Counted from the first letter of the stretch, positions 28,925 through 40,700 are shown. The stretch: 64,000 nt of DNA from an uncultured Desulfobacter sp. (GCA_963665095.1 OY762069.1:128001-192000), one strand, 5' to 3'. Program-made: numbers and translations. Notes: generated by a model from the sequence alone, not told the origin.

Positions 28925-29716
28925 GTGTCCGCCATTCGGGCATGGAAAACCGAAGAACCCGGTGTCATCAGTAAATCCCTGGGAACGGTTTTCGCACCGG
29001 TATCCTGGCTGGCCCAGAAGCTGATTCCGGAAAAAGCAATCCGGGGGGCCATCCATGCCGCGATGAAAACCGCGGATAAACTGACCGACAGTGGTGATAT
29101 AAAAAAATCGGGAAACGTTACGGAAATCAAAGAGCTGTTGAATAAGGACCTCTTATTTCTGGACAAACTTTCCGCCAAAGTCCACCACTGGGCCATCGGT
29201 CTTGCTACCACCGGCGGTGTTGCCTCAGGCCTGGGCGGTGCCATAACCCTTGCGGCAGATGTCCCGGCAACGGTTGCCCTGGCATTGAGAACAATCCATA
29301 AAATAGGCCTGTGTTATGGGTACCAGCCGGAAACAAATGATGACAGGCTGTTTATCCTTGCGGTTCTGGCCATTTCCAGCGCCAACTCCATTGGAGACAA
29401 AATGATTGCTTTGAATACGCTTCATGCGGCCGGTTCCGCATCAAAAAAGGCGTTGGTATCGTCATCCGGTGACACCCGTGAATCAACTGTTGAAATACCC
29501 ATCACCAAAAAAGATACGGATATTGGTATGGACCATCTTTCCAAGACCATCGGGCTGAACCTGACAAAAAGAAAAGTGCTCCAGCTCATTCCTGCTGTTG
29601 GGGCCGTTGTGGGCGGTTCAGTGAACGGGTGGTATTTAAAGGATGTCGGGTGGTCAGCCAAAAGAGCCTTTCAGGAGCGGTGGCTTGGGGATAATTATCC
29701 CGGGTTGGCGCTTTAA
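28925..29716 (+). CDS. EcsC family protein
   Basis: ADVPA...ALRTIHKIGLCYGY, QLIPAVGAVVG, FQERWL. The frame stays open upstream to an ATT at 28880 preceded by GGAG. Confidence 0.8.
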   Translation: MSAIRAWKTEEPGVISKSLGTVFAPVSWLAQKLIPEKAIRGAIHAAMKTADKLTDSGDIKKSGNVTEIKELLNKDLLFLDKLSAKVHHWAIGLATTGGVASGLGGAITLAADVPATVALALRTIHKIGLCYGYQPETNDDRLFILAVLAISSANSIGDKMIALNTLHAAGSASKKALVSSSGDTRESTVEIPITKKDTDIGMDHLSKTIGLNLTKRKVLQLIPAVGAVVGGSVNGWYLKDVGWSAKRAFQERWLGDNYPGLAL

Positions 29717-29764
29717 TTAAAAAAGGGCGTTTCTGTTAGGCAGTTTAAAACGAATGGGGATGAT

Positions 29765-30277
29765 ATGGCAAAAGATGAAACACGCAGTGCAGCGGATTGG
29801 TTTGATGACGGGTTGATTTGTTTTCATCAACCCGATGGTATCGGCGCTGTCCGGGCATTTGAAGCGGTGATCGAGATAGATCCTTTTTACCGTCATCATG
29901 ATGGTGACAACCCTTATTTTTATCTGGGCAAAATCTGTGAAATCGAGGGGCGTATCGATAAGGCCATTCAGTTTTATTCCAGTGCGCTGACTTTGGACAT
30001 CTACGACGAAGAAAGCCTTATCGGCCGGGGAAGCTGTTATACTGTCCAAAAGGATCACCCACGGGCTGTGGCTGATTTTAAAAAAGTATTAACTTTTCCA
30101 CTTGAAGCCAGGAATGCTCCGATGGGGCATCTTCTGTACGCCATTGCAGAAAATTACCGTCAGCAGAAAGATTATTCAAACGCACTTGCCTGGGGGAAAA
30201 AAGCCCTTTCCCAAGACCCGGATAATGACAGGCACAAGGCTCTGGTTGCTGAAATGGAAAAGCAGGCGCAACTATAG
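29765..30277 (+). CDS. Tetratricopeptide repeat protein
   Basis: Repeated TPR helix pairs (YFYLGK...KAIQFY; LIGRG...AVADF; YAIAENY...ALSQDP). Confidence 0.8.
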   Translation: MAKDETRSAADWFDDGLICFHQPDGIGAVRAFEAVIEIDPFYRHHDGDNPYFYLGKICEIEGRIDKAIQFYSSALTLDIYDEESLIGRGSCYTVQKDHPRAVADFKKVLTFPLEARNAPMGHLLYAIAENYRQQKDYSNALAWGKKALSQDPDNDRHKALVAEMEKQAQL

Positions 30278-30464
30278 TAGTGGGGTCCATTCTTGAAAAA
30301 CTGGGTGTGATGTCTTCGCTTTTTTCAAAACAAAAAGCTGTGACTCTATCACATCATTTACATTTAGCCTGCATTTCCCGCCTCAGTAGTGCTTAATCAC
30401 TATAAGGGGCTAAAACCAAATCAGAGATCCATGTCAATGATGAGGAAAAACGTGATCTTTTTTC

Positions 30465-31085
30465 CTATCGAATAAAGCTCATTTTTTCCCGGGGTTCAAG
30501 TTCAGGGTAGGGCACTTCGCCTTTGGCCTTGTCGATACAGGTTAACAGCCAGGCCATATTGCGACCCAGAATTCTCATGGTTTGAAGGCCTTCTTTGTCA
30601 AGCTGCGCCTCTTCCGCCTTTGTGCCATGGATGCCGTTCCAGTAGTGGGACGATACAATGGGCATCTGGGCAAAGGTAAAATATTTGTTCAGCCTGTCAA
30701 ATGTGGCACTGTTACCGCCTCTGCGGCTGGTGACCACGGCCGCCCCTGGCTTGAACGCATAGGCGTCCGCCTTTTGATAAAACATCCGGTCCAGAAAGCC
30801 GCACAAGGATGCATTGGGGCCGGCAAAATAGACCGGAGAACCTAAGACCAGGCCATCTGCTTTCTTTAGAAGGTCGATGCACTCATTTACCGGATCATCT
30901 TTATAGACACAATACCCGGTCTTTACGCAGCCCATGCAGGCTGAGCAGCCTTTGATCCCCTGTTTTCCAATGTGAAGGATCCGGCTTGAAACCCCGTTTC
31001 TGTCAAGTTCTTCAGCCACTTCATTCAGGGCTGTGTAGGTGCAGCCATTTTTATGGGGACTGCCGTTTATCATTAATACATTCAT
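30465..31085 (-). CDS. Iron-sulfur flavoprotein / flavodoxin-family FMN reductase
   Basis: INGSPH, CSACMGC...C, GSPVYF, RRGG. Confidence 0.9.
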   Translation of the reverse strand: MNVLMINGSPHKNGCTYTALNEVAEELDRNGVSSRILHIGKQGIKGCSACMGCVKTGYCVYKDDPVNECIDLLKKADGLVLGSPVYFAGPNASLCGFLDRMFYQKADAYAFKPGAAVVTSRRGGNSATFDRLNKYFTFAQMPIVSSHYWNGIHGTKAEEAQLDKEGLQTMRILGRNMAWLLTCIDKAKGEVPYPELEPREKMSFIR

Positions 31086-31439
31086 TTCTTAACTCCTCTG
31101 AAATTTGTATTGGGTTGTGTTCTGGCAGATATGGGAAAATCACTTCGATTTTTCACTGGCAAGCTGTCAAAAAGGACAAAATTATATTTAAAATGAGTCC
31201 TTTTGGGAAGAAAAATTTAATGGAATAAAATTAAATGCCATGCAAGGGCAAAATTTAAAGATATTGCCGTAACAGGGTATGACGCCCAGACTTGCCTGAC
31301 ACTTGCCAAATGCTGTGAATTTGTTTACGCTGAACTAGCTGAACTAAATGAAAAATAAGTGCCACACCAGCACATACCAGGCGTTTTGCCGACACCCGGT
31401 TAACCGGTGTCGCAGACATCAGACAATGGGACCTGCCAA

Positions 31440-34145
31440 ATGCGCATACTGCGTTTAATATTATTTATTATTGCAATACTTTTTGGGGCTTGCTGCCTGC
31501 CGTTTTCCGGTGCTTATGCGGATTTGATCAATAAAAAGATACTGGTTCTGCAGTCCTATGACAGTGAGTTGCCCTGGGTTAAATCAACCACCCTGGGCAT
31601 CCGGGATGCCGTAAAACAGGAGACGCGGGTCAATTTTTTATTAAACTTCGAATTTCTGGATCTGTCCAGGGAACACAAGACCTCCTACCGGAACCGGTTA
31701 AAGGAGTTGCTGGTGCTTAAGTATGCCCATGACCGGCCTGATCTTGTGGTGTGCATGGACTCCCTGGCAGCCATATTTGTCCTTGATTTCAGGTCAGAGA
31801 TCTTTTTTGATGTGCCAATGGTGTTTTCCATGGCAAGAGAAACATATAACCAACTGAATAGCGCGCTTCCTGCAGGCTGTGCCGTGGTTGTCCACGAGGT
31901 GGATCATGCAGGCTCACTTGCGCTGGCCCTTAAGCTGTTTCCTGACACCCGCAATGTTTACATGATTGCCGGTCAAACCAGAGCCGGCCGATTCTCCGAA
32001 GGCAAACTGCAGCAGGTCAGCCGTCAATATGAAGACCGGATTGAGTTTCACTCCCTGTCCGATCTGGCCTTTGACCGCGTATTGCAACGGGTTGAAGGGC
32101 TTCCTGAGAATTCAATTATTTTCCAGCTCATCTTTTTTACCGATATTAACGGCAATACATATATTCCCGTAAATGTAACCAAGGCTGTTTCGCAACATGC
32201 GAATTCGCCGATTTTCAGCCTGTATGAACCGCATATCGGCCATGGCGCATTCGGGGGGAAAATGATTACGGCAACATCCATTGGGCGCAATGTTGTGCGT
32301 CTGGGGGCAGGCCTGTTGGAAAATCCCCGGAAGACTGCTGGAAAAATTCTCTCCACATCCAGTGCCCCGATGTTTGACTGGCAACAGCTGCAAAGGTGGA
32401 AAATTAACGAGTCCCGGCTGCCAAAGGACAGCATTGTCCGGTTCAAAAAATACTCTTTTTGGGAAATGCACCGCAGCAAGGTCCTCCTTGTTGCGGGTAT
32501 TGTTTTATTCCAGGCTGTTTTGATTTTTTTTCTGATAATAAGCCTGGTCCAAAGAAAAAAAACCGAATCTTTTCTGCTTGAGTCCCGGGAAAACCTTAAA
32601 GAGAGTAGTGAGGATCTGTTATTAAGAGATTTTGTGATGGATAATGCGTCCATAGGTGTGTTCTGGTTTGATTCAAAGGGCGCCATTTTTTACGCCAATC
32701 AAAGGGCCGCTTTTTTACTTGGGTATTCCCAGGCACAATTATTGGGTAAACATATCTGGGACATCGATACCATTATAACCCGGCAGATGTATGCGGAACA
32801 ATGGCAGCAGATGGGGGATGGTCAGCCCATATATTGGGAATCCATGCAGATCAGAAAGGACGGCAGCCGTTTTCCCGTTGAGGTCCATTCTCGGCAAATC
32901 ATGCACAAAAACAAGCGCCTGGTTTGCGGATTTGTTCTTGATATTTCAAAACGTAAAGCGGCAGAAGAGCGTTTAGAAAAGATTCAAGCCGCTTTCCACC
33001 AGTCCCAGAAAATGGAAGCCATTGGCACGCTGGCCGGTGGTATCGCCCATGATTTCAACAATATTCTTGGTGCCATCATTGGTTATGCAGAACTTGTACG
33101 CATGCGTGATGCCGCAAATGTTCCAACGGTCCAGGCCATGGACCAGATTCTTCTTGCCGGCAAGCGGGCAAAAGAGCTGGTCATGCAGATTCTGTTGTTC
33201 AGCCGTAAAAGCCAAAAAGAAAATATACCCTTGAAAATAGAATCGTTGGTCAAGGAAGTGATCAAGCTATTAAGGGCCACCCTGCCTGCAAATATTGAAA
33301 TTCAAACCTCGTTTTCCGCCCCGTCCGGAGTGGTCATGGCAGATCCTGCCCAGATTCATCAGATTCTGATGAATTTATGTACCAATGCGTTTCACGCCAT
33401 GCAGGAGGATAGCGGCCTTTTATGTATCGGCCTGGAAGAAGTCTGCCTGGATGACGGTGCAATCCCCCTTTTGCCGGATTTGGAACCAGGGCCATATATC
33501 TGTTTAAAAGTCAGTGATACCGGCAGCGGCATCCCCGCAGATATTATGGATCAAATTTTTGATCCGTTCTTCACAACCAAGACGGAATCCAAAGGTACCG
33601 GGCTTGGGCTGGCTGTTGTTCACGGTATTGTAAAAAGTCACAACGGTGCGGTAAAAGTTTACAGTGAGCCCGGGAAGGGAACCACATTCAACGTATTTCT
33701 GCCGTCAGTTAACAGAGACGATGACACCATACCGGAGGTGCCGGAGCATGATCTGTTGCTTGGCAGGGAGACCATCCTTTTTGTGGATGATGAAACAGCA
33801 CTGGTGGATATTGGACAAGATATGCTTGGGCATCTTGGATATAAGGTGGTTGGCTTTTCAGAAAGCCTGGAAGCATGGCGTGCCTTTGAAGAGAATCCCG
33901 GCCGGTTCGACATCGTTATAACCGATAAAAACATGCCCCATCTGACCGGCCTTGAACTGGCAGAAAAAATCCGTCATATCAGGCCGGCCATCCCAATTAT
34001 CATGTGTACCGGGTTCCAGGATCCGTCTTCCATGGACAGGGCCGGGGCCTGCGGTATTAACAGCATCATCAGCAAGCCGCTTCTGGTTAACGAGTTGGCC
34101 GTGACGATCCGAAAGGTCCTTAAGGAATTCGGGAATCAAGGTTAA
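31440..34145 (+). CDS. Hybrid sensor histidine kinase (periplasmic ABC-binding-like sensor, PAS, HisKA, HATPase, receiver)
   Basis: GGIAHDFNN, MNLCTNA, DTGSG, GTGLGL, receiver FVDD...ITDKNMP. Confidence 0.92.
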   Translation: MRILRLILFIIAILFGACCLPFSGAYADLINKKILVLQSYDSELPWVKSTTLGIRDAVKQETRVNFLLNFEFLDLSREHKTSYRNRLKELLVLKYAHDRPDLVVCMDSLAAIFVLDFRSEIFFDVPMVFSMARETYNQLNSALPAGCAVVVHEVDHAGSLALALKLFPDTRNVYMIAGQTRAGRFSEGKLQQVSRQYEDRIEFHSLSDLAFDRVLQRVEGLPENSIIFQLIFFTDINGNTYIPVNVTKAVSQHANSPIFSLYEPHIGHGAFGGKMITATSIGRNVVRLGAGLLENPRKTAGKILSTSSAPMFDWQQLQRWKINESRLPKDSIVRFKKYSFWEMHRSKVLLVAGIVLFQAVLIFFLIISLVQRKKTESFLLESRENLKESSEDLLLRDFVMDNASIGVFWFDSKGAIFYANQRAAFLLGYSQAQLLGKHIWDIDTIITRQMYAEQWQQMGDGQPIYWESMQIRKDGSRFPVEVHSRQIMHKNKRLVCGFVLDISKRKAAEERLEKIQAAFHQSQKMEAIGTLAGGIAHDFNNILGAIIGYAELVRMRDAANVPTVQAMDQILLAGKRAKELVMQILLFSRKSQKENIPLKIESLVKEVIKLLRATLPANIEIQTSFSAPSGVVMADPAQIHQILMNLCTNAFHAMQEDSGLLCIGLEEVCLDDGAIPLLPDLEPGPYICLKVSDTGSGIPADIMDQIFDPFFTTKTESKGTGLGLAVVHGIVKSHNGAVKVYSEPGKGTTFNVFLPSVNRDDDTIPEVPEHDLLLGRETILFVDDETALVDIGQDMLGHLGYKVVGFSESLEAWRAFEENPGRFDIVITDKNMPHLTGLELAEKIRHIRPAIPIIMCTGFQDPSSMDRAGACGINSIISKPLLVNELAVTIRKVLKEFGNQG

Positions 34146-34163
34146 AAAATACGAATTGAAACG

Positions 34164-34787
34164 TCAGGCCTGCTGCCGGCTGGATTCTATATAGGGCAAC
34201 AACATCTCCCTAATAATGCCGCCCACCCGTCTCATATGGCTGCGGATCTCTTCGTCGTTGCGTCCCGGGTATTTTCTGAATGATATCAGGATGCCTGAGA
34301 GACAGGAAAAAAAGGCGTGGGATAGCATTCGAACATTGCCCTGGTAGTTCATTTTTTCAAAAATCCGATCAAATATATCCAGGATGCGCCTGGCCACATT
34401 GTTGAGCTGCTGTGAGGCGTCAGAACTGATATTGCCGTACAGGAAAAAATGGGTGATCATCCGCCAGTGGCTTTCATGGTCAATGTAGAAATCAAGATAG
34501 CTGTTCATCAGCGTTTCGATGTCAATGTGGTTTTCCTGTTCCACCATGGCGGCCAGTTCATCTAAAAGCTCGCTGGTTTCCCTTAAGATGGCCTGAACAA
34601 AAAGGGTCTCCTGGCTGTCAAAATAAGTATAGATGGAGGAAACAGCCATGCCGGCCTCTTTTGCGATTTCGCGCATGCTGGCCTTGTCATAGGTTTTGTT
34701 TCCAAACACTTTCTGGGCTGCATCAATAATCAGGTTGCGCCTAAGCTGTCTGTCTTCCTGTTTGAGCTTGCTCAAGGTACTGGCCAT
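34164..34787 (-). CDS. TetR/AcrR family regulator
   Basis: IIDAAQKVF...SMREIAKEAGMAVSSIYTYF. Confidence 0.9.
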   Translation of the reverse strand: MASTLSKLKQEDRQLRRNLIIDAAQKVFGNKTYDKASMREIAKEAGMAVSSIYTYFDSQETLFVQAILRETSELLDELAAMVEQENHIDIETLMNSYLDFYIDHESHWRMITHFFLYGNISSDASQQLNNVARRILDIFDRIFEKMNYQGNVRMLSHAFFSCLSGILISFRKYPGRNDEEIRSHMRRVGGIIREMLLPYIESSRQQA

Positions 34788-35097
34788 CTGCGTCTTTGGT
34801 CCTTTTAAATTAGTATTCCCCTGGAAACATACCACCCGGAATAGGTGAAATCAAGTCATGGCCGCCCCTTCCTGACAGGTGAGGGCTAAACTGAAATATT
34901 TGCTCTTACCGGCAAGCTATGAAATGTTGCCCAAACTCCGATTATCCTATTTATCTACAAAATTGTTTCTAATCTATCTACAAAATTGCATATAAATTGA
35001 GAGAACTCTCATTATTCCAAGTTTGTCACGAAGCTGTATATTTTTTTTATCAGTAATTTCAGTATATTTCATTATCCTTTTCGCTTTTTTGATTTAT

Positions 35098-35113
35098 TGG
35101 CATTTTGATTGCT
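35098..35113 (+). promoter_or_regulatory. Sigma-54 (-24/-12) promoter upstream of nifB
   Basis: TGGCATTTTGATTGCT (GG-N10-GC). A direct repeat TATCTACAAAATTG occurs at 34952 and 34975 upstream. Confidence 0.7.
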
Positions 35114-35369
35114 ACGGTTAAAATAACCAGTGAAATTTCAGGTAACAGATTTCATGGTGCTGTGAGGGTGACGGCAAAACCGTGGCCCGGAAGCAAAATG
35201 GCGAGGCAATGGGAATCAGTATTTCCCATAGGATACTGTTCTGGTGGGTTACAGACGGTTTTATGAGATCCTTTTTTGATTTCGATGTCCCGTACAACAC
35301 AAATATTACTTTCAGGCATAATTTTTGGCCTGTTGGTAATGCTTACATTTAAATACCCAGGAGTAAGAA

Positions 35370-36635
35370 ATGGATCTATCCAACCACCCATGTTTCAACG
35401 CCAAGGTGAAAGGCGTCTACGGCCGGGTTCACCTTCCTGTTGCACCACGATGCAATATTCAATGTAACTATTGTGATCGAAAATACGACTGTGTCAATGA
35501 AAGCCGGCCCGGTGTCACCAGTGCAGTCCTGAAACCAAGCCAGGCTATGATTTATCTCGATTATGTGTTTGAAAAAGTAAAAAATATTTCAGTGGTGGGG
35601 ATCGCGGGTCCGGGGGATCCGTTTGCCAATCCCGATGAAACCATGGAAACGCTTCACCTGGTGCAAAGGCAATACCCGGAGATGATTCTTTGTCTGGCCA
35701 CCAACGGTCTGGGTATCGGACCGTATATTGATGAACTGGCTCAGATGAATGTCCGCCATGTCACTGTTACGTTAAATGCGGTTGAGCCTGAAATTGGATC
35801 ACAGCTGTATTCCTTTGTTCGCCATGGCAAGCGAACTTTAGGCCCCAGACCCGGGTTTGAGGTTTTGCTGGAAAAACAGCTTGAGGCGATTGTCCACCTT
35901 AAAGAGAAAAATATCATAACAAAAGTCAATACCGTTATTATTCCGGGAATCAATGACGGTCATGTTGAAGCTGTGGCCAAGAAGATGGCCGAACTGAAAG
36001 TGGACATCCTCAACTGTATTCCTTTTTATCCGAATAAGGGGTCTAACTTTGGCCACCTGGAAGAACCCTCTAAATCACTGGTGGTGGATATCCGTAAAAA
36101 GGCGGCAAAACATATTGCCCAGATGTACCATTGCAAACGCTGCCGTGCTGATGCCGTAGGAATCCTGGGTGAGCGTAATGGGTGTGAAATCAATGATAAG
36201 CTGCAGGAATGTGCACAGATGCCTGAAGTGTACGGTGATGAGCGGCCTTATGTGGCGGTGGCCAGTCTTGATGGCCGACTGGTCAATCAAAAACTTGGAA
36301 AAGCGGAAGAATTATTAATCTATGGCCAGCAGGATAATGGAGAAATTTATTTGGTCGAAGCCCGAAAAACACCCCGCTCCGGCGGCGGCATGCAGCGTTG
36401 GGAAGACTTAAGCAATATGCTTAGTGACTGCAGGGCATTGATGGTTGCAGGACTCGGTGACAACCCGCGTCGTGTGCTCAGCCAGAAAAAAATAGATGTA
36501 CTAGAATTGGATGGAACGATCCAGGAGGCTGCAGAGGCTGTTTTCGAGGGTTACAGCAGGGATTTTATGGTTCAGCGGGATATAAGGGCATGCAACAAAA
36601 AGAGTCCCGTGGCTGGAATGGGGTGTGGATTTTAA
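35370..36635 (+). CDS. nifB: Nitrogenase cofactor biosynthesis radical SAM protein NifB with NifX-like C-domain
   Basis: HPC, HLPVAPRCNIQCNYC, NESRPG, AGPGDP, CKRCRADA; C-terminal NifX-like domain. Confidence 0.88.
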   Translation: MDLSNHPCFNAKVKGVYGRVHLPVAPRCNIQCNYCDRKYDCVNESRPGVTSAVLKPSQAMIYLDYVFEKVKNISVVGIAGPGDPFANPDETMETLHLVQRQYPEMILCLATNGLGIGPYIDELAQMNVRHVTVTLNAVEPEIGSQLYSFVRHGKRTLGPRPGFEVLLEKQLEAIVHLKEKNIITKVNTVIIPGINDGHVEAVAKKMAELKVDILNCIPFYPNKGSNFGHLEEPSKSLVVDIRKKAAKHIAQMYHCKRCRADAVGILGERNGCEINDKLQECAQMPEVYGDERPYVAVASLDGRLVNQKLGKAEELLIYGQQDNGEIYLVEARKTPRSGGGMQRWEDLSNMLSDCRALMVAGLGDNPRRVLSQKKIDVLELDGTIQEAAEAVFEGYSRDFMVQRDIRACNKKSPVAGMGCGF

Positions 36636-36693
36636 TCGTTCATGGGTTACCCGAAGCAAGCGTTTGCACAAATAAAAAGAGAGGAATCAGAAT

Positions 36694-37626
36694 ATGGAAG
36701 TGCTGAAAACAAAGTATGGCGCAGTTTCCGGTTATCAGGGGTTGGAAAAATACCCGTCCGGTAATCCCGTTTCCCTTATTTTTACTGAACGGGTTGAAAT
36801 TGAAACCCCGGTCGGGGGCATTGTACCACAGTATTCAGTAGATGATCATGGAAGAAGGGTATTAAGACCGGTTTGCTTTTATGACAATGGAAATATTAAA
36901 AAAGCGCCGCTTCAGGAACCTGCTCTCATTGAAACAAAGTACGGAAAAATATCTGCGGAACTCGTCACGTTTTATGATGATGAATTATTGAAAAAACTGT
37001 TTCCCCTTAATGGCAAGCTGAGCGGTTACTGGGGGGAGAAGGACGAGTACACCCTGGCCAAAGAACTTGAACTGTGCCTGCCCTGCGGGGAAATCCGGGC
37101 CAAGCTGATCAATGTCGTCTTCTATAAAAACGGTAATATTAAAAGTATCACCCTCTGGCCCCAGGAAACCGTGGAGGTAGAAACACCTGCAGGGAAAATG
37201 CGCGTTAAAGTGGGAATCTCTTTTTATGAAGACGGTTCTGTTAAGTCGGCTGAACCGGCGCAGCCGTATGCGGTTGAAACAAGAATAGGGGAGATATCGG
37301 CCTATGATAATGATCCCGAAGGCATTATGGGGGATATAAACTCTCTTAAGTTTGACAGGCACGGAGAAGTGACAGCACTCAGCACGATCAATAATGTCAT
37401 AATTGTAAAAAGCGTATCCGGTGAGCAGACCAGGTATGCCCCTTCTGAGAAAGAGAGCCTTTGTTCTGAAAAGACAACGATAACCCTCCCTCTTCAAATT
37501 GAATTTAAAGACGGGAAGGTCCGGTTTAATAGAAGCGTTTCTGATGAATACAATATATCGGAGCATTCATTCGAAGTGATTAGATATGAAAAAATAGCAG
37601 CAGGCCCCTTTTATGTGTGCAGATAG
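36694..37626 (+). CDS. Hypothetical beta-repeat (MORN-like) protein
   Basis: Repeats of the form IETxxGxI...FYxNGxIK; GAGGA RBS; directly downstream of nifB. Confidence 0.75.
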   Translation: MEVLKTKYGAVSGYQGLEKYPSGNPVSLIFTERVEIETPVGGIVPQYSVDDHGRRVLRPVCFYDNGNIKKAPLQEPALIETKYGKISAELVTFYDDELLKKLFPLNGKLSGYWGEKDEYTLAKELELCLPCGEIRAKLINVVFYKNGNIKSITLWPQETVEVETPAGKMRVKVGISFYEDGSVKSAEPAQPYAVETRIGEISAYDNDPEGIMGDINSLKFDRHGEVTALSTINNVIIVKSVSGEQTRYAPSEKESLCSEKTTITLPLQIEFKDGKVRFNRSVSDEYNISEHSFEVIRYEKIAAGPFYVCR

Positions 37627-37704
37627 GCCCATCGCTTATTATTGCCGAGGATGCGCCGTTTTAAGTTGTTCACCCTCCTTTTATGAAGAAAATAAAAAAA
37701 ACCA

Positions 37705-40700
37705 TCAGGGCCTGATCCTTAGCTTTTTCATTTTTGACCGTAACGTACTCGGATGCAGCCCTAATCGTTCAGCGGCATTCCCTTTACCTTTGATCTTCCA
37801 TTGGCACATGTTCAAAACATTAATGATATGAGCCTCCATGGCTGCATCCAAGCTCGTATCCGAAAGATGGGAAGGGGCAGCGGCCAAGCTGTTAAAGTTG
37901 TGATCCATACTTAAACGGGTGCCTTGGGAAAGAATCATGGCTCTTTCAATAAAGTTCTCAAGTTCCCTTATGTTTCCAGGCCAGTCATAGTCTGTTAAGG
38001 TTTTCATAACCTGACTTGAAACCTGTTTGATGTTTTTATTGAGTACTTTGTTTTTTTTCTCTATGAAATAGCTGACTAACAGAGGGATATCTTCTTTCCG
38101 GTCCTTTAACGCCGGTACCTTGATGGGAAAGATGCTGAGTCGATAATACAAATCTTTCCTGAAGAGACCCTTTAAGATGGATTGTTCAAGGTCTTTGTTG
38201 GTTGCCGCAACCACACGGACATCCACCTTTATGGTTGCATCGGAGCCAAGGGGCTCAAATGTTCCCTCCTGAAGCACCCGCAGCAATTTGGCTTGGACTT
38301 CCATGGGCATATCGCCAATTTCATCTAAGAAAAGGGTGCCACCGTCCGCCATGAGGAACCGGCCTTTTTTGGATTTTACAGCACCGGTAAAGGCGCCCTT
38401 TTCATATCCGAACAGCTCGCTTTCTATCAATGTGGCTGGCAGCGCTGCACAGTTTACTTTTACCATGGGGTGGTCTTTTCTGGAACTAAGATCGTGAATG
38501 CTTCTTGCAATCAGTTCTTTGCCGGTGCCTGACTCACCTAAAATCAGTGTTGTCGTGTCAAAAGAGATGACCTGTTTTACAAGGTATAAGGTCTTTTGCA
38601 GTTCTGGGCTGTTGCCTATAATATCTTTAAATCCGTGGGTGTTTCGAATCTCTTCTTTTAGGTACTGGTTTTCTTCATTCAGTGAATTTTTCAGCTCATT
38701 GAGTCTTTTGACCGTAACCTGAAGTTCCCGTTCTTTACTCTTTCTATTTTCAATTTCCTGGATCAATTCGCGATTCAGCCGGTTTCTTTCCATGGCTGCT
38801 GCAATCTGGTTGGATAAAAGCTGGATAATATGAAACCGCTTTTCGCTAAATGTGTTTTTAACCTGCTGATTCTCAAGATAAATAAAGGCAACTGTCCTGT
38901 TCTGATAGGAAATGGGCATGCAGAGAACGGATTTCAAGCCGGTTTTGCGTGCGTAAACCGTGTTTGAAAATTGGATATTCTGGGAGATATCGGAGGTCAG
39001 CACCTTTTTGTTTGTCCTGCAGACAAACCTTGCAATACTGTGGCTGATGGACTGGTATTCTTCGACGGGTGTCCCCGGCGGCAGGTGGTCTGCTTCCTCC
39101 TCAATGGACACATGGCATTCCACTATGATTTTTTCCTTCCAGCAGGATAACAGATACCCCCTTTCCGAACCCGAATTCTGAATGAGAATGCGCATCAGCT
39201 GCTGAAGCAGTTTGTTTCCATCCTCTGCGCTGACCAGGGTCACGATGGCCCTGTCGATGCTGCGCATATCCATTATGCTGTTGGCGTTATACAAAGGAGT
39301 TGATCTTTGCGTGCCTGGATTGATATGCTCCTCATTGAAAAGAGATGCGTGGGACTGTCGAATTTGCCTAAGCTTGGAGCTTGCACCCCATTTTTCATAA
39401 GTTGAAAAGGCTTCTTTCAAAGATATCTCCGACAATTTCTGGAGACCGAGTGCTTTGAAAAAATCAGCGGCCAGTTCCCATGCAAGGGCCTGATCCATGA
39501 TGAACCCTTTTTCTCCAGATAGAAGAATAGCCTTTTCATAGTGGATAAGCGCCTGATAGGTTTGTTTTTTAAGCCTGTATCTCTCAGCCAGAATCAAATG
39601 GTGCTTATGGGCATAATTGTCCCGGGAAAATTCTGAGCGGCGCTTGATCTGGTTATATAATTTTTCCAGAATTACTTCGTTTTCCGCCCCTGCCTTTCTT
39701 TGCAGTGCAAGGAAAGAATAAAAGGCTGTGGGGATCATGATGTAGTTGCTGCCATATTTTAAAAGCTCTTCCGCATCTTTTGCGGCCGCCTCTGTCCGCC
39801 TGAAAATAATATTTAAAAAAAGACGTATGTTTATGGGCAACTCCTTGGTGGTAACGCTTTTTTCAAGACTGAATCCCTCCATGTTATCTTTGGGTTCATG
39901 GGGAGAAGACAGCCCCTGCACGATATTGCTGATCATTTTCAGATTGGATTGCAGGGATTTGATACCTGGCAGGGAAAGGGAAATAATTTCATCGAACGTT
40001 GCTACCAATTGTCTGAGTTTGGACAGGTTTATGTTCCCGAAAAGGCCGGTCAGGCATGCGGCATGCGCACTTTCGATGGCTGTCATGATATTGCCGCTTT
40101 CTATGGACTGGTAGTACACCTGGGTCAACTGCTTGATGGTGACATCTATGGGGCATGTCAGGCAGGTGATCTCTTCATGAAAGTAGGTCTGGGCATCCAG
40201 GTTCCACTTTGTGCGCTTGCTTTTTTTTATGTATTCCAAACCGTACTCTGCCACCCGGCGGCCCAATGCGTATTCCTTGAGCAGATGACAAAAGGCCCCG
40301 CCCGTGGCCACCAGAGCGAATGCAGACTCATCTGTGAATCCGTGCTCCTGGGTGATTTTCAGCATTTTCCCCACAAAAATCCAATAGTATAGATAGTCAT
40401 GCCATCCGGTTGCTTTCACCCCATAGCCTAGAAGCCGCATCACAGTCTGGAATTTGGTATCTGTCAAGTGACTGACTTGGGAGCTGGGGATTTCAAGGAT
40501 TAACTGGGCTATTTCTTTTAGTTTTAAAGTCTCTTGGATGACCTCCTTGCGGGACTCAGGAGACGGCATTGAAATTCCTAATAGGGTCAGTGCGTGAAGC
40601 AAAACCCGGACTGCTTTGTCCGGATTGTCTAAAAAGATGGCGCACTCGATCTGGGCCTCATAGCCAAGGGTTTTGTCTATATCTGTACGGCCGTTTTGAA

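Noticed and set aside
35155..35260. Riboswitch (c-di-GMP-like GGCAAAACC hairpin) in the long nifB leader
   Set aside because: Only one small hairpin is evident; the second stem and conserved junctions could not be identified.
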